Shown: positions 1 through 11,799 of the stretch, one piece after another | Layout of the letters: each line of letters starts with the position of its first letter | How positions within the stretch are numbered: position 1 is the stretch's first letter | Assembly: GCA_963514005.1 (NCBI GenBank) | Contig: OY740807.1 | Span: forward strand, 19,778,001-19,842,000 | From: Raja brachyura | Taxonomy: Eukaryota | Reading direction: 5' to 3' | DNA length: 64,000 nucleotides | Program-made: the position numbers and the translations under genes | Notes under the pieces: model-generated | Databases searched by the model: none | What the model was told of the DNA's origin: nothing | The model's input: the letters and a program-made list of their open reading frames with translations, nothing else

Positions 1-1680
1 TACCCTGGTTTGACTTTCCAAATTGCAACACCTTGCATCTTGATTGCATCTCTTTGGCCCATTTATATATATATGGTCAAGATTCCTCTGTAATTCTTTA
101 TAGCCCTTTGCACTGTCTATGATCCCACCTATTTTAATGACTTCTGCAAACTTATTAACCATGCCTTGCACGTTCTCATAGTCGTTGATAAAGTTGATAA
201 CCATGGGCCTTGCACTGACCCAGGTCACACCACTAAACAGCCTCCAATACAAAAATCAACCTTCCTCCATCCCCTGCACTCCCTATCATGAAGCCATTAT
301 GTATACAACTAGCAAGTTCTCCCTGGATTAAATTAGCTAGCTCTATTTGGATCCAATTAGCTAGCTCTCCCTGGATCCCACATGATCTAACCCAAGAGAA
401 ACCTACCATGCTTAACCTTATCATAGGCCTAGCTGAAGTCCATACAGACTACTTCCACCACTCTGCTGTCATCAACTTTCTTGCTTACGTCTTTAAAAAA
501 ACCCTCAATCAAATTAATGAGTCACAGTCATCACACAGAAAATTGTGCTGACTATCCCAAATCAACCCCTTTCTTTCCAAATGCATATAGCTCTATTGTA
601 ATGCTGACTATGCACAAGACTTCCCATTCATGAATTTACCAGTTTTCAAGTCTTTCTCCCAGTAAAAACAGTAGAGAAGTATTCATTGAGGACCTCACCC
701 ATCATCTGCGGCTCCATACATAAATATCGACTGGTCTTTCGTGGTCCCTAGTTATTCGTTTTCCTTTAATATATCTATAAAGTCTCTTTGTATCCTCCTT
801 AATCTTCTATGTCAATGCTTTCAAGAGAGAGTTAGCTAGAGGTCTTAAAGATAGCAGAGTCAAAGGAAATGGGAGAAGCAGGAATGGAGTACTGATTGTG
901 GATGATTAGCCATGATCACAGTGAATGCCGGTGCTGGCTCGAAGGGCCGAATGGCCTACTCCTGCATCTATTGTCTATCTCATGCCCCGTTTTACTTAGG
1001 TATACCTCTACATCCCCAAAACTCCTCCAGCCATTCACTTAATCCCAGCTGCTTGTACCTGGCCCATGCCACCTTTTTTTTTTAATAACCCAAGTCCTAA
1101 TTGTCATCCAGAGTTCCCTATTTATGCCAATGTTAATTTCCTCCTTTCCATACTGCCTTCAATGCTAGCATATGGTTTAAAATAAAGAGCCAAAATTGTA
1201 TACAGTACCCCAGGCACGGCCTAGTTAACACACTGAATAATTGTGACAATGCTTCCCTCTTCCTAAACACTAACCTGCTAGCAATAAAGGCAATATGCAA
1301 TTTGTTTTCTTAAGTATATGCTGGAAATGCATGCAATCTTTTTTGTACTTCATGCACAAGAACATCTAGATCCCTCTGTATGCCAACCTTTTGCTGTCTC
1401 TCTACAGTCAGATAATAATTGCCTTTCAATTTGTCAAACTGAAGTGCATGACCTCAAAAAGTATAAAAAGGGCCTTTATTAAAATCTGACAAAACCTCCC
1501 CATTTTAAGTTTCATTTGCCAAGTTTTCGTTCGCTCAGCCAACTTATTTATATCCTGTCACAGACTCCAAATATCCTCATCACATGCCCTCCATCCTATT
1601 TTTAAATAATTGGAAAATTTGAGTACCTTATATTCTGTCACCTCCCCCAAGTCTTTAAGAAAGTCGGTAAATATTCAGCG
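1..1680 (-). mobile_element. Patchwork of old CR1 fragments (with a plus-strand CR1 3' end at about 815-975)
   Basis: Degenerate similarity to the reverse complement of the CR1 RT regions at 22143-23293. Confidence 0.55.
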
Positions 1681-1684
1681 CCTA

Positions 1685-1979
1685 TTAGTTTAGTTTGGAG
1701 ATGCAGCGTGAAAACAGGCCCTTTGGCCCACCGAGATGTGCCGTCGAATTTTCACCTGTACATTAGTTCTATCCTACACACTCGGGACAATTTTATAGTC
1801 AATTGACTTACAAACCTGCACGTCCTTGGAAATGTGGGAGGAAAACAGAGCACCTGGAGAAAACCCACGTGGTCACAGGGAAAATGTACCGACTCCATAC
1901 AGACTGCGCCCGGAGTGATGTTCGAACCTGGGTCACTGGCGCTGCAAGGTAGCAACTCTACCGCCGCGCCACTGTGCCG
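1685..1979 (-). mobile_element. tRNA-derived V-SINE (HE1-like)
   Basis: Minus-strand head with A box TGGCGCGGCGG and B box GGTTCGAAC, V-domain-like core, CR1-like 3' end and (CTAAA)n tail. Confidence 0.8.
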
Positions 1980-1990
1980 TTCTACAACTG

Positions 1991-3542
1991 CAGTGCCCGC
2001 AATAATGTTTGAGCCAAAGACCCATCATTTATTTATTTGCCTCTGTACTCCACAATTTAAGATTTGTAATAAACAAATCACGTGTGGTTAAAGTGCACAT
2101 TGTCAGATTTTAATAAAGGACTTTTTTAAACATTTTGGTTTCACCATGTAGAAATTACAGCAGTGGTTATACATATTCCCCCATTTCAGGACGCCATGTT
2201 TGGGACGCAGCAATGTCATGTAAATGAAAGTAGTCATGTTTAGTATTTTGTTGCATATGCTTTGCATGAAGTCTGCGATTCATGGACATCACCAGTTGCT
2301 GGGTGTCTTCTCTGGTGATCCTCTGCCAGGCCTGTATTGCAGTTATCTTTAGCTTATGCTTGTTTGGGGGGCTAGTCCCCTTCAGTTTTCTCTTCAGCAT
2401 ATAAATGTTATGCTTAATTGGGTTGAGATCGGGTGATTGACATGGCCACTCAAGAATTGACCATTTTTTAGTTTTGAAAAACTCCTTTGTTGCTTTAGCA
2501 GTATTTTTGGGATCATTGTCTTTCAATTCAATTCAACGTTAATGTCATTGCACAAATACAAGTATAGGTACAACAAAATGCAGTTTAGCTGCAGAATGAA
2601 CGGCCGGTCAATAGGTTTTGAGGCATTTGTTTTAAATTTGAGCAGATAGGATGTGTCTATACACTTCAGCTTTGGATCTTGGCAGTTCCTTCTCTCCTCC
2701 ATATTTTGCTCTTACCATCACTCTGATATAAGTTAATCTTTATCTCATCTGTCCACAAGACCTTTTTCCAGAACTGTGGTTGCTCTTTTAAGTACTGCTC
2801 GGCAAACAGTAACCTGGCCACCCTATTTTATATGCTAACCAGTGGTTTGCATCTTGCAGTGTAGCCTCTGTATTTCTGTTCATGAAGTCTTCTGCAGACA
2901 GTGGTCATTGATAAATCCACACCTGACTCCTGAAGAGTGTTTCTGATCTGTCAGACAGGTGCTTGGGGATTTTTCTTTATTCTAGAGAGAATCCTGTCAT
3001 CAGCTGTGGAGGTCTTCCTTGGCCTACCAGTCCCTTTGCGATTAGTAAGCTCACCAGTGCTCTCTTTCATCTTAATGATGTCCCAGACAGTTGATTTTTG
3101 TAAGCCTAATTTTTGGCTGATGTCTCCAACAGTTTTATTCTTGTTTCTCAGTCTCGCAATGGCTTATTTGACTTTCATTGGCACAACTTTGGTCCTCATG
3201 TTGATAAACAGCAATAAAAGTGTCCAAAGGTGATGGAAAGACTAGAGGAAAGACTAGGTACTAAGAGCTCTCTTGTACCTACATTAAGGAGGCAATTAAA
3301 GACACCTGAGCAATTACAAGACTGTGAAGCCATGTGTCCCAAACATTATGGTGCCCTGACATGTATAAACACAGCTGTAATTTCTACATGTGAAACCAAA
3401 ATGTATAAAAATGGCCTTCAATAAAATCTGACAATGTGCACTTTAACCACATGTGATTTTTTTCTATTACAAATCTCAAATTGTGTACAGCGGCAAATGA
3501 ATAAATTATAGGTCTTTGTCCCAAACATTATGGAGGGCACTG
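1991..3542 (-). mobile_element. Tc1-family DNA transposon, defective
   Basis: Long TIRs CAGTGCCC...GGGCACTG followed by TA. Minus-strand transposase remnant DNDPKNTAK...EWPCQSPDLNPI (DD34E region). Confidence 0.92.
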
Positions 3543-4204
3543 TAATTTTTAGAGGTTCTCCGTAGATGTTTTTTTCCAGCCTGAAAATGACCCATTTATT
3601 CCATCTCTTTTTCGTGTATGTCCTCTAAAACTTTAATCCATGTTAGGAATTCCCCCAATACTTTATAATGATCTATTGCACTTGGCACATTCTCAAATGC
3701 CTTTTGGAAATCCCAAATACGTGACATATGCAGGTTCCTCTCTACCCTTGAAGAACCAACAAATTTATGCAATTATTTCCCTTTCATAAAACCATGTTCA
3801 TATGGTTTGCCTGCAGTAAGCATTTCTGAAAGCTATTTCTACCTTGATTGGATTCCAGCATCTTCCCAACATGTTAAACTAAGTAACTTGTTTCCCACTT
3901 GGTACATGTTTTTTGATTTAATATTGCCTTGACCTCCTTTTTAATCACAGATAGTTCGTCTTTCTCATGTCCCTCTTTTTGATTGAGATAAATGTCTGCA
4001 GACTTTTATTAAATAATTTCTTGAATATCTGACAATACTTTTCTACATCTCCACGATCAATTCTTCCTTCATACCTTTATAAATGTCCTTATTTAGCTTG
4101 AGGATTCAAGTCTTATATCAGGACTGTTCACTGAAATTATGTCTGTAATGTTGTGATCACAACGCCCTGGAGTATCCTTATCTACAAGATCTCCTTCTCA
4201 TTCG

Positions 4205-5660
4205 GGGGCACAGTGGAACAATTGGTAAAACTGCTGCCTCAGAGCGGCAGAGTCCTAGGTACAACCCTACCCTCGAGTGCTGTCCGTGCGGAGTTTGCAC
4301 ATTCTCCCTGTGATCATGTGTTACCTCTGGGTGCTTCAGTTTCCTCCGACACCCAAAGATGTGCCCCTGTAAATTTCCCCTGGTGTGGAGTGGATGTGAA
4401 GGTAGACAAAATTGCTGGAGAAACTCAGCGGGTACGGCAGCATCTATGGAGCGAAGGAAACAGGCAACGTTTCGGGCCAAAACCCTTCTTCAGACTAATG
4501 CAGGGTGGGGAGGGCGGGAAGAAGAAAGGAAGAGGAAGAGTCAGAGGGCTTTGGGAGAGCTGAGAAGGGGAGGAGACAGCAAGGGCTACCAGAAATTGGA
4601 GAAGTCAATGTTCAGGCCACCGGGATGCAGACTGCCCAAGCGGAATATGAGGTGCTGCTCCTCCAGTTTCCGGTGGTGCTCACTCTGGCAATGGAGGAGG
4701 CCCAGGACAGAAAGGTCGGATTCGGAATGGGAGGGGGAGTTGAAGTGCTGAGCCACAGGGAGATCAGGTTGGTTAATGCGGACCGAGCGGAGATGTTCGG
4801 CAAAACGATCGCCAAGCCTATGCTTGGTCTCACTGATGTAGATCACTTGACATCTAGAGCAGCGGATGCAATAGATGAGGTTGGAGGAGGTGCAGGTAAA
4901 CCTCTGTCGCACCTGGAACGACTGCTTGGGTCCTTGAATGGAGTCGACGGGGGAGGTAAAGGACACGTGTAGCATCTCTTGCGGTTGCAAGGGAAAGTGC
5001 CCGGGGAGGGAGTGGTGCGGGTGGGAAGGGAAGAATTGACCAGGGAGTTACGGAGGGAGCGGTCTTTGCGGAAAGCAGACAGGAGGGGAGATGGGAAGAT
5101 GTGGCGAGTGATGGGGTCACGTTGGAGGTGGCGAAAATGACGGAGGACTATTTGTTGTATGTGACGGCTAGTGGGGTGGAAGGTGAGGACTAGGGGGACT
5201 CTGCCCTTGTTCCGAGTGGGGGGGATGGGGAGAGAGAGAGCAGTGTTGCGGGGTATTGAAGAGACCCTGGTGAGAGCCTCATCTGTGGTACGGGAGGGGA
5301 ATCCCCCCGGATTTAATCAGGGGGGATAGGATGGAGTCGAGGTACGTGGAAATAAGTTCGTTAGGGCACGAACAGGCAGAGACAATGGGTCTACCAGGAC
5401 AGTCAGGTTTGTGGATTTTGGGGAGAAGGTAAAATCGGGCCGTGCGGGGCTGGGGAACGATGAGTTTGGAGGCTTGTGGGGGCAGGGAGCCGGAGCTGAT
5501 GAAGTCAGTGATGGTGCTAGATAGTGGCCTGGTGCTCGTCAGTGGGGTCATGGAAAGTAAAAGTAGGGTAACATAGAACAAAGGAGAATGGGTGATCGGT
5601 GGACAATGTGGATTCAATGGCCAATTGCCCGTTTCCAAGCTGTATCTTTCAATCAAAATT
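4205..5660 (+). mobile_element. V-SINE split by a Penelope insertion (SINE parts about 4205-4397 and 5555-5660)
   Basis: Head GGGGCACAGTGG and core GGAGTTTGCACATTCTCCCTGTGA. The SINE 3' part resumes after the Penelope element. Confidence 0.7.
4398..5555 (-). mobile_element. Penelope-like retroelement, internally deleted
   Basis: GIY-YIG endonuclease NLIYCIRCSRCQVIYISETKHRLGDRFAEH...GLN (4586-4990), RT N-terminal motif FYLLPKIHKPDCPGRPIVS (about 5310-5520), terminal repeat with hammerhead-like core at 4463-4496. Confidence 0.9.
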
Positions 5661-7055
5661 TAAAACGGTCTGTTCGGGGAGGAAGTGGTCTGAAACCTAT
5701 CGCTCCAAAAAATAATCCCTGGCTCCCTGATGCACTGCACAGTCCCCTTGTTTGGTTAGTCCAATCAATGTGCAGGTTAAAATTCACTCAATAATTACCG
5801 TTTCCTTATTATATGCCTTCAATGTTTCCCATTTATGCTTTAATCTATCATTTGGCAATGCCTTGAGGGCCTGTGGACCCGTGTCTTCTTTTTTGCAATA
5901 ATGCATTCTTTCCAACTAAAACCAATTCTACACATGAACCACTGCGTCTACAATCACAACTCATCAGCATATTGATACTATGTCGTTGTTTAATGACACT
6001 ATCCACCACTTCCTGTCCATTAGAACATAGACCTGAGAACAGGATAGAACATAGAGCTGAGAACATTGGCCCCCAGTGTCTGTGCCAAACATGATGCCAG
6101 AATCAACTCTTACCTGCCTGCACATATTCCATACCCCTCCATCCCTGCACGTTCTTATGCCTATCCAAGTCTCTTAAATGCCACTATTGTATCTGCCTCC
6201 ATCACTGGCCCCAGCAATGTGTTCCAGTTACCGTTGTTTGGGAACGTCAAATAACCCAGGAGACCAAGTTCATCTTTCTAATCTCTTTGAAATGATAACT
6301 CTACAATAACTATTACATGAAATTAATTCAATTTTATTTGTGCCATTAACTCATCTATCTTCGTAAGAAATGCCTTATAATTTGATTTCATTCAATGTTT
6401 ACTATTCTGGTTAATTCGCTACCTTGTGCCACCACTCTTTCACTGCTCATTAAACATCCCATTTAAATCCAACACTCCTTAATTGTCCATAACCCTAATT
6501 ATGCAATTTCCCAGGTCTCTGGTACCAGCATAGTTCAAAGAAATCCAGCAGAACACCTGCTCTCTTTCCAAATTTCTTGGTGCCAGCATTCCATGAATGA
6601 GAAGCTATTTTTTCCGTGCCAATCTTCCACTAAGCACTTGCTTCTCCATTTCGATTTGCCCTCAACTGATTTGTATCTGGCTCAAGTAATAACCTGGATA
6701 TCATCACCTTTATGATTCTGCTTTTCAATTTTACTTTAACGTACTCATAATTTCACAGCAAAACCTCCTTCCTAGTTTTACTGTGTGCTATTGGTATCTA
6801 GGTCCACATCCTCCAACCGACCAATCGAGAAAAGATCTTTGTGCTCGCAGACAATGTCAGGGCTCTCGCTTAACTTTTTTTCCCTGTTGCCAGCCGGGCA
6901 ACCTTGACAGCTTTTTAGGTTGCCAAATGACAGTTTAGGTGGTCATTTAAGGCATGACACGTGCAAATCGAAGGCATGACACGTGCAATAATGTGCTCAG
7001 ACGAAGTGCGTAGTTACCAGTCAGAATTATACTCAATGAAGCATTCACATATTAT

Positions 7056-7272
7056 GTTCAAGAAGGAACTGCCGATGCTGGAAAATCGAAGGTAGACAAA
7101 AGTGCTGGAGAAACTCAGCGGGTGCAGCAGCATCTATGGAGCGAAGGAAATGGGCAACGTTTCAGGCCGAAACCCATCAGTCTGAAGAAGGGTTTCGGCC
7201 CGAAACGTTGCCTATTTCCTTCGCTCCATAGATGCTGCCGCATCCGCTGAGTTTCTCCAGCACTTTTGTCTA
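7056..7272. mobile_element. Penelope-derived hairpin mini-element with hammerhead core
   Basis: Inverted arms of about 85 bp, CTGAAGA-A-GGGTTTCGGCCC-GAAACGTT at 7182-7209, TSD CATTCACATATTAT (7042-7055 and 7273-7286). The empty site is seen at about 17083-17096. Confidence 0.85.
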
Positions 7273-8059
7273 CATTCACATATTATTTCTGCTTCAAATA
7301 ACTCACAAACTAAACATATTCACCAATCAAGACATGATATATACCACAATGACATGCAGCAAAATTATAATACAATATCTCAACTCTTTTTACATATTGC
7401 AATTAATGCAATTTCTATTAGTTCTTTCGACTTCCAAACAAAAATATGGTTGGATTATTCAGCAAATGATCAACCTGTGTCAATACATCCTGGACCATGC
7501 ACACTACAGATTGATGCAAGCATGTTTTCTGTGAAAGACTGAAAATTACCATGACATGCCCATAGCATGGGTTGTTATTGCTATTGGCACAGAAACACTC
7601 TGGCTTCCCACATAATTTATCCATAACAAAATATAGAGGTTGCAAGGAAATTTCTAAAGGCATTTTATGATAATAGCTGTTAAAACCGACTATAAACATC
7701 TGACAGGTTAAACATTACACTAACTGACAAGAGATGGCCAAAGGACATAACTGCAGCAAATGTTCTTTTGGTACTATGTTTAAAGGTGTCAAAACAAATA
7801 ATAACATTGGGAATTAAAACAGATTTGATTGCATTCCGTTATCATAGTCAATATTCGCTCTGAAGACCATGAATCACAATAGGGTTAGGGGGTGTGTGAA
7901 TCAGTGCGGGGTGGATAGATCGCGGGGGGGGGGGGGGGGAAGAGGGGGGTTAAGAAGGCAATCGGTGCGGAATGGATGGATTCAGGCAGGTGAATAAGTA
8001 TGCGTTGGTTGGAGTATGTAAAATTGTGAGGGGAGAGCACGGGGGATGTCAGTGGTGTT

Positions 8060-8760
8060 GAATGGGGGATCAGTACGGGATGGATGGAGGGGGGATCAGT
8101 ACAGGATGAATGGGTGGTTCAGTACAGGATGAATGGGGGTACACAAAAAATACCGAAGAAATTCAGCGGGTGAGGCAGCATCTATAGAGCTAAGGAAATA
8201 GCAATGTTTCGGGTCGAGACCCTTCTTCAGACTGTTCCCCCAAAACTTCTTGAATGGGGGGATCAGTACAGGATGGATGGGGGGGGGGTCAGCGCAGGAT
8301 GAATGGGGGGAATCAGTACAGGATGAATGGGGGTGGGGGGGTCAGGACAGTGTGGATCGGAGGGTCTGTGCAGGATGAATGGGGGATCACTACAGGATGA
8401 ATGAGGGGATCAGTATAGGATGAATGGGGGATCAGTACGGGATAAATGAGGGGATCAGTACAGGATGCATGAGGGGATCAGTAAAAGATGAATGGGGAGC
8501 TCACTACAGGATGGATAGGGGGGTTGGTGCAGGGTAAATGGAAGGTGGGTCAGTACTGGATGAATGGGAGGATCAGTGCATTATGAATGGGGGGGAGAAG
8601 TGCAGGATGGATGGGAAGGGACGTCAGTACAGGGTGAATTGGGGGACCAGTGTAGGATGGGGGGGGGGGGGGGGAGGGTGGTAGATGGGGAAGGGAGCAC
8701 AGGGGATGTCAGTGAGGACTGAATAGAGGTGGGAATGGGGATCAGTGCTGGATGGAGAGG
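8060..8760 (+). repeat. G-rich degenerate minisatellite (about 22-24 bp, GGGGGATCAGTACAGGATGAAT)
   Basis: Many imperfect tandem units inside the hAT-like element, also present at about 17890-18150. Confidence 0.85.
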
Positions 8761-9052
8761 AGGGGGTCCCAGGATAAGAGGGGTGGAGGGGGCGTACAAG
8801 AGAGAGAGAGAAGGGGAGGGGAAGGGGCAGAGGAGGTGGGGAGGAAGGAAGGTCAGCGCTCCTCGGACAACATCACCCCGTTTCCTTGGCTGTCCCTGTC
8901 CAACGCCAAAGTGCCGCCGCCAAAGGGGGAGGTGGTTGGGAACTCATCGCCACCGCCTCCCCTCCTCCTCCAGCCGACAGGTAGGTGCGGGGCCGAGCGG
9001 TGCAGCTCAAATATCCTATAGCTATAGGATCTTGGGTGCAGCTGCTTCAGTC

Positions 9053-9321
9053 GGCGGAAGGAGGCCTCCCCCTCCTCCCCTCCCTCTCCCTCTCTCCCTT
9101 CCTCCCTCCCTCCTCCCGGCCTCGGCGTGAGAGAGGGGTTGTATTGAAAGCGCTGTTAACGGGTTTGCAGGCATCGGCCGTTATCACGGCGATAGCGGCC
9201 GCTGCCTGCAAATCAAAAGATACTGCTGCAAATCCACCAACTGCGCTTTCAAAACAACCCCTCTCACACGCCGAGGCCGGGAGAAGGGAGGGAGGGAGGG
9301 AGAGGGAGGCCTCCTTCTGCC
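9053..9321. repeat. Long imperfect inverted repeat (about 270 bp)
   Basis: GGCGGAAGGAGGCCTCCC...GGGAGGCCTCCTTCTGCC arms with centre GGCCGTTATC-ACGGC-GATAGCGGCC near 9188. Confidence 0.8.
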
Positions 9322-9678
9322 AGGCGGGGTGTGGGAGGAGGAGGTGATGTCGTGGCCGCTGTTGCCGCTGTTCGAGACCCGTCATTCGCTCCGACCCTTC
9401 GTCACCCCGCTCCTAGTATCTTTGCCCCACAATCAAAGATACTAGAGGAATACAACCACCGTCGACACGAAACGTCACGCTCCTATTCTCCAGAGATGCC
9501 TGACCCGCGGAGCTACTCCAGTTTTTTGTGTCTATCGGTATAAACCAGTATTTGCTTGCCAAGCCGGGCAAAATGAGTCGGCGTTTAGGTTGCCCGGCGG
9601 TACTTTGGATGGTCATTGGCACCCGGGCAACCGCTAATTTAGAGCCCAGAATGTTGCAGAAAAATGCTGGAAAATTAC

Positions 9679-9748
9679 CTCCAGTCGACTGACTGTTTCT
9701 TCATTCCCGACAACTTCATTCAGTTTCAAAGGTCTGTACTTCTCAACC
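9679..9748 (-). CDS. RFC2: RFC2 coding exon 2 (70 nt); downstream exons not found in the window
   Basis: Acceptor ttttgctaaacag|G, then [23 protein letters not shown], donor GAG|GTAATT. Human RFC2 reads [23 protein letters not shown]. Phase matches exon 1. Confidence 0.95.
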
Positions 9749-11015
9749 CTGTTTAGCAAAATAAATCATTGTACTTTACAATCCAAGTTTTGACATCCTG
9801 ATAAGTTTGTATTTCATCAACTTGCTTTAAAATGTTTAAATGAAAAGATTTGTAGAGCAAGGGAGAAATACATGTTGATTAAACAAAAGGACTTGACAAT
9901 GTTTGAAATGTTATTATCGGAATGTTAATATAAAGCAAAATGCAGCACGTGCCAAATGCTTAAAATAGTGTAACATAGAAAAGGTTGCGACTGGGGAAGT
10001 TTTATGTTATAATTTAACCTCTAGTTTTTAAAGTATTAATTTAACTGTTTTAGATAAGTCTTTAATGTCACATTCTACTAAGCTTGGATTCGCCAGCAGC
10101 ATCTCCTTCATCTGAACACCAGTAAAACTTTGTCTCTCACCAACTCTGCTGGCACTGCAACGTGCAAAGCTGCCATGAATTAGGAGCATGGTGAGACCAT
10201 TTGGGCCTCTTCAGTCTGCTGTGCCATTCAGTAAGACTATTTCCACCCATCTGTCAATCATAGCCCCTCATCTGTATCCTCCTAACAACTGCCCGGGTTT
10301 GACCCATTCCATCTTTTTTCCAGCTTTCTCTGCCCATACTCCATCAGTCTGAAGAAGGATCCCAAACGGAACCCACAGATGCCTGACTTGCCCAGTACCT
10401 CCAGCATTGTATTTTGCTCAAGATTTCAGCATCTGCAGTCTCTTGTATCTCCATCCCATTTTCTACCAACAATAAACATGCCATTCAAAACTCTACTTCA
10501 TTAGAGATTGTACTAAGTCTCTTGTGTTCAGAACCTTAGGTGTAGTGCATCTGGTCCAGGAGGCCTGATTTGTGGCAGAGCCTGCAGACCTCACACTTGC
10601 CTGATCACCTGACATACAGCAGTTAATCTCGTGAGGATGTCCAACTACAACATTTGGGGGGAAAAAAACACAAAGTGCTGAAGTAACAGTGGATCTGGCA
10701 GCATCTCTGGAAAGCATGGATAAATGACGTTTGGATCAGGACTCTTCTTGAGACATAGAAAATGTTTTAGATGGATATGGGTCAGACGCATATCCATGAT
10801 CCAAGTGGGCAAGTGATACTAGCTGAACATCTTGGTCGACATGGACAAGTTGTGCCGAAGAGCCTGTTTCCCTGCTGTATAAACCCACGACAATAATAAT
10901 CTGCTCCTTCTCATGCTGCTACCATGTGGGATCTTGCTGTTCAAATACAATGGCGGCGGCTGCTCGACTCCTGTTACAACGGTAGCCCACGATCCTGAGG
11001 GACGCCGCCGCTCAC

Positions 11016-11122
11016 CAGGGTAGCTCGTACGTGGGCGCAGATGATGCGCTCGGTCCCGCGGCACCGCCGCTCGGCCCCTCGGACTCTGCTGGCTCCGGGT
11101 CCGCGCCGCCCGCCGTCTCCAT
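11016..11122 (-). CDS. RFC2: Replication factor C subunit 2, coding exon 1
   Basis: Minus strand reads METAGGADPEPAESEGPSGGAAGPSASSAPTYELP+TG, with Kozak gtcgacATGG and donor TG|GTGAGC. It joins exon 2 to give the RFC2 motif YELPWVEKYRP. Missed by the ORF track. Confidence 0.95.
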
Positions 11123-11559
11123 GTCGACAGTTCCCGCGCAACGCGCCTTACGTCAGCACGTTGGGCGCCGTCCCCACGTCACCGGCAGAACCAACAGATT
11201 GCGAGGGAGGGAGGGAGGGAGGGGAGAGGGGGACGCGTAACACGATTGCATTGAACTGAAGTTAAACTATTCAAAACATATCAACCAAATGTACGATCAA
11301 CCGGAAATGCCGTGCCGCGTGTTCTCACCTAACGTCGGATTGCGTCGGATCACCGGATTAGGGGGCGCGGTTTGCGCCGATGTTTTTTTTTCCCAACGAT
11401 ACAGCAACACTGCGCCAAGAGCATCCTCGCGTTCACTGTGCTAGGGGTGGTCCTCCAGCGCCAGGGGAGGGCAGGGAGCCGAGCCCGACGCGCGCGCGCA
11501 CCGCGTTGATCGTCGCGCGCTCGCTCGTGCTCGGGGGCGGGGCGGGGCGTGCGGTGTCG

Positions 11560-11799
11560 GTTGGAAGCCGAGGCGGAAGGTTGAGCGGGTCACTGGGTGC
11601 GGGCTCGTCACTTTCCCCTCCTCCCCACCCCATTGTTTTGGTGCTGCTTATGTTCTGTGTGTTCTCTTCGCCATCCGCCAGCCCACCCCTCCCCCTTCTC
11701 TTCCCATTTACAACCAGCGCATGTCCAAAGTAGTACGGAGCTGCTGATGAAACGAAGTAAGGAAAAGTTTTGGAAAAGGAACACGGGCGAGTCGCATTG
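11560..11799 (+). other. RFFL: Probable non-coding exon 1 of RFFL (5' boundary approximate)
   Basis: Lies downstream of the GC boxes in the CpG island and ends at donor TTG|GTAAGG (GT 11800-11801). RFFL's first coding exon begins at an acceptor, so an upstream exon is required. Confidence 0.55.

Larger units (their letters stand above)
6858..9649. mobile_element. Composite non-autonomous hAT-like DNA transposon with 5-bp TSD in RFC2 intron 2
   Basis: Termini CAGGGCTCTcgcTTA ... TAAtttAGAGCCCAG and AATGT duplicated on both sides (6853-6857, 9650-9654). A second, 3'-truncated copy starts at 16913. Confidence 0.75.

Noticed and set aside
300-380. Triplicated 24-bp unit giving repetitive ORFs (LASSPWI)
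   Set aside because: Local tandem duplication within a decayed LINE. Similar small duplications occur at about 23325, 55668 and 59763.
1900-1979. tRNA gene
   Set aside because: The A/B boxes belong to the head of a SINE and continue into the SINE core.
8060-8760. CRISPR-like array
   Set aside because: Degenerate tandem minisatellite with no unique spacers, in a vertebrate genome.
8581-9622. Several 70-133 aa ORFs
   Set aside because: Low-complexity GC-rich translations of repeat and hairpin sequence in all frames.
1-9678. RFC2 exon 3 (VFAREGNVPNIIIA) or exon 4 (GPPGTGKT)
   Set aside because: Not found by eye on the minus strand, so probably left of the window. A 42-nt exon could have been missed.
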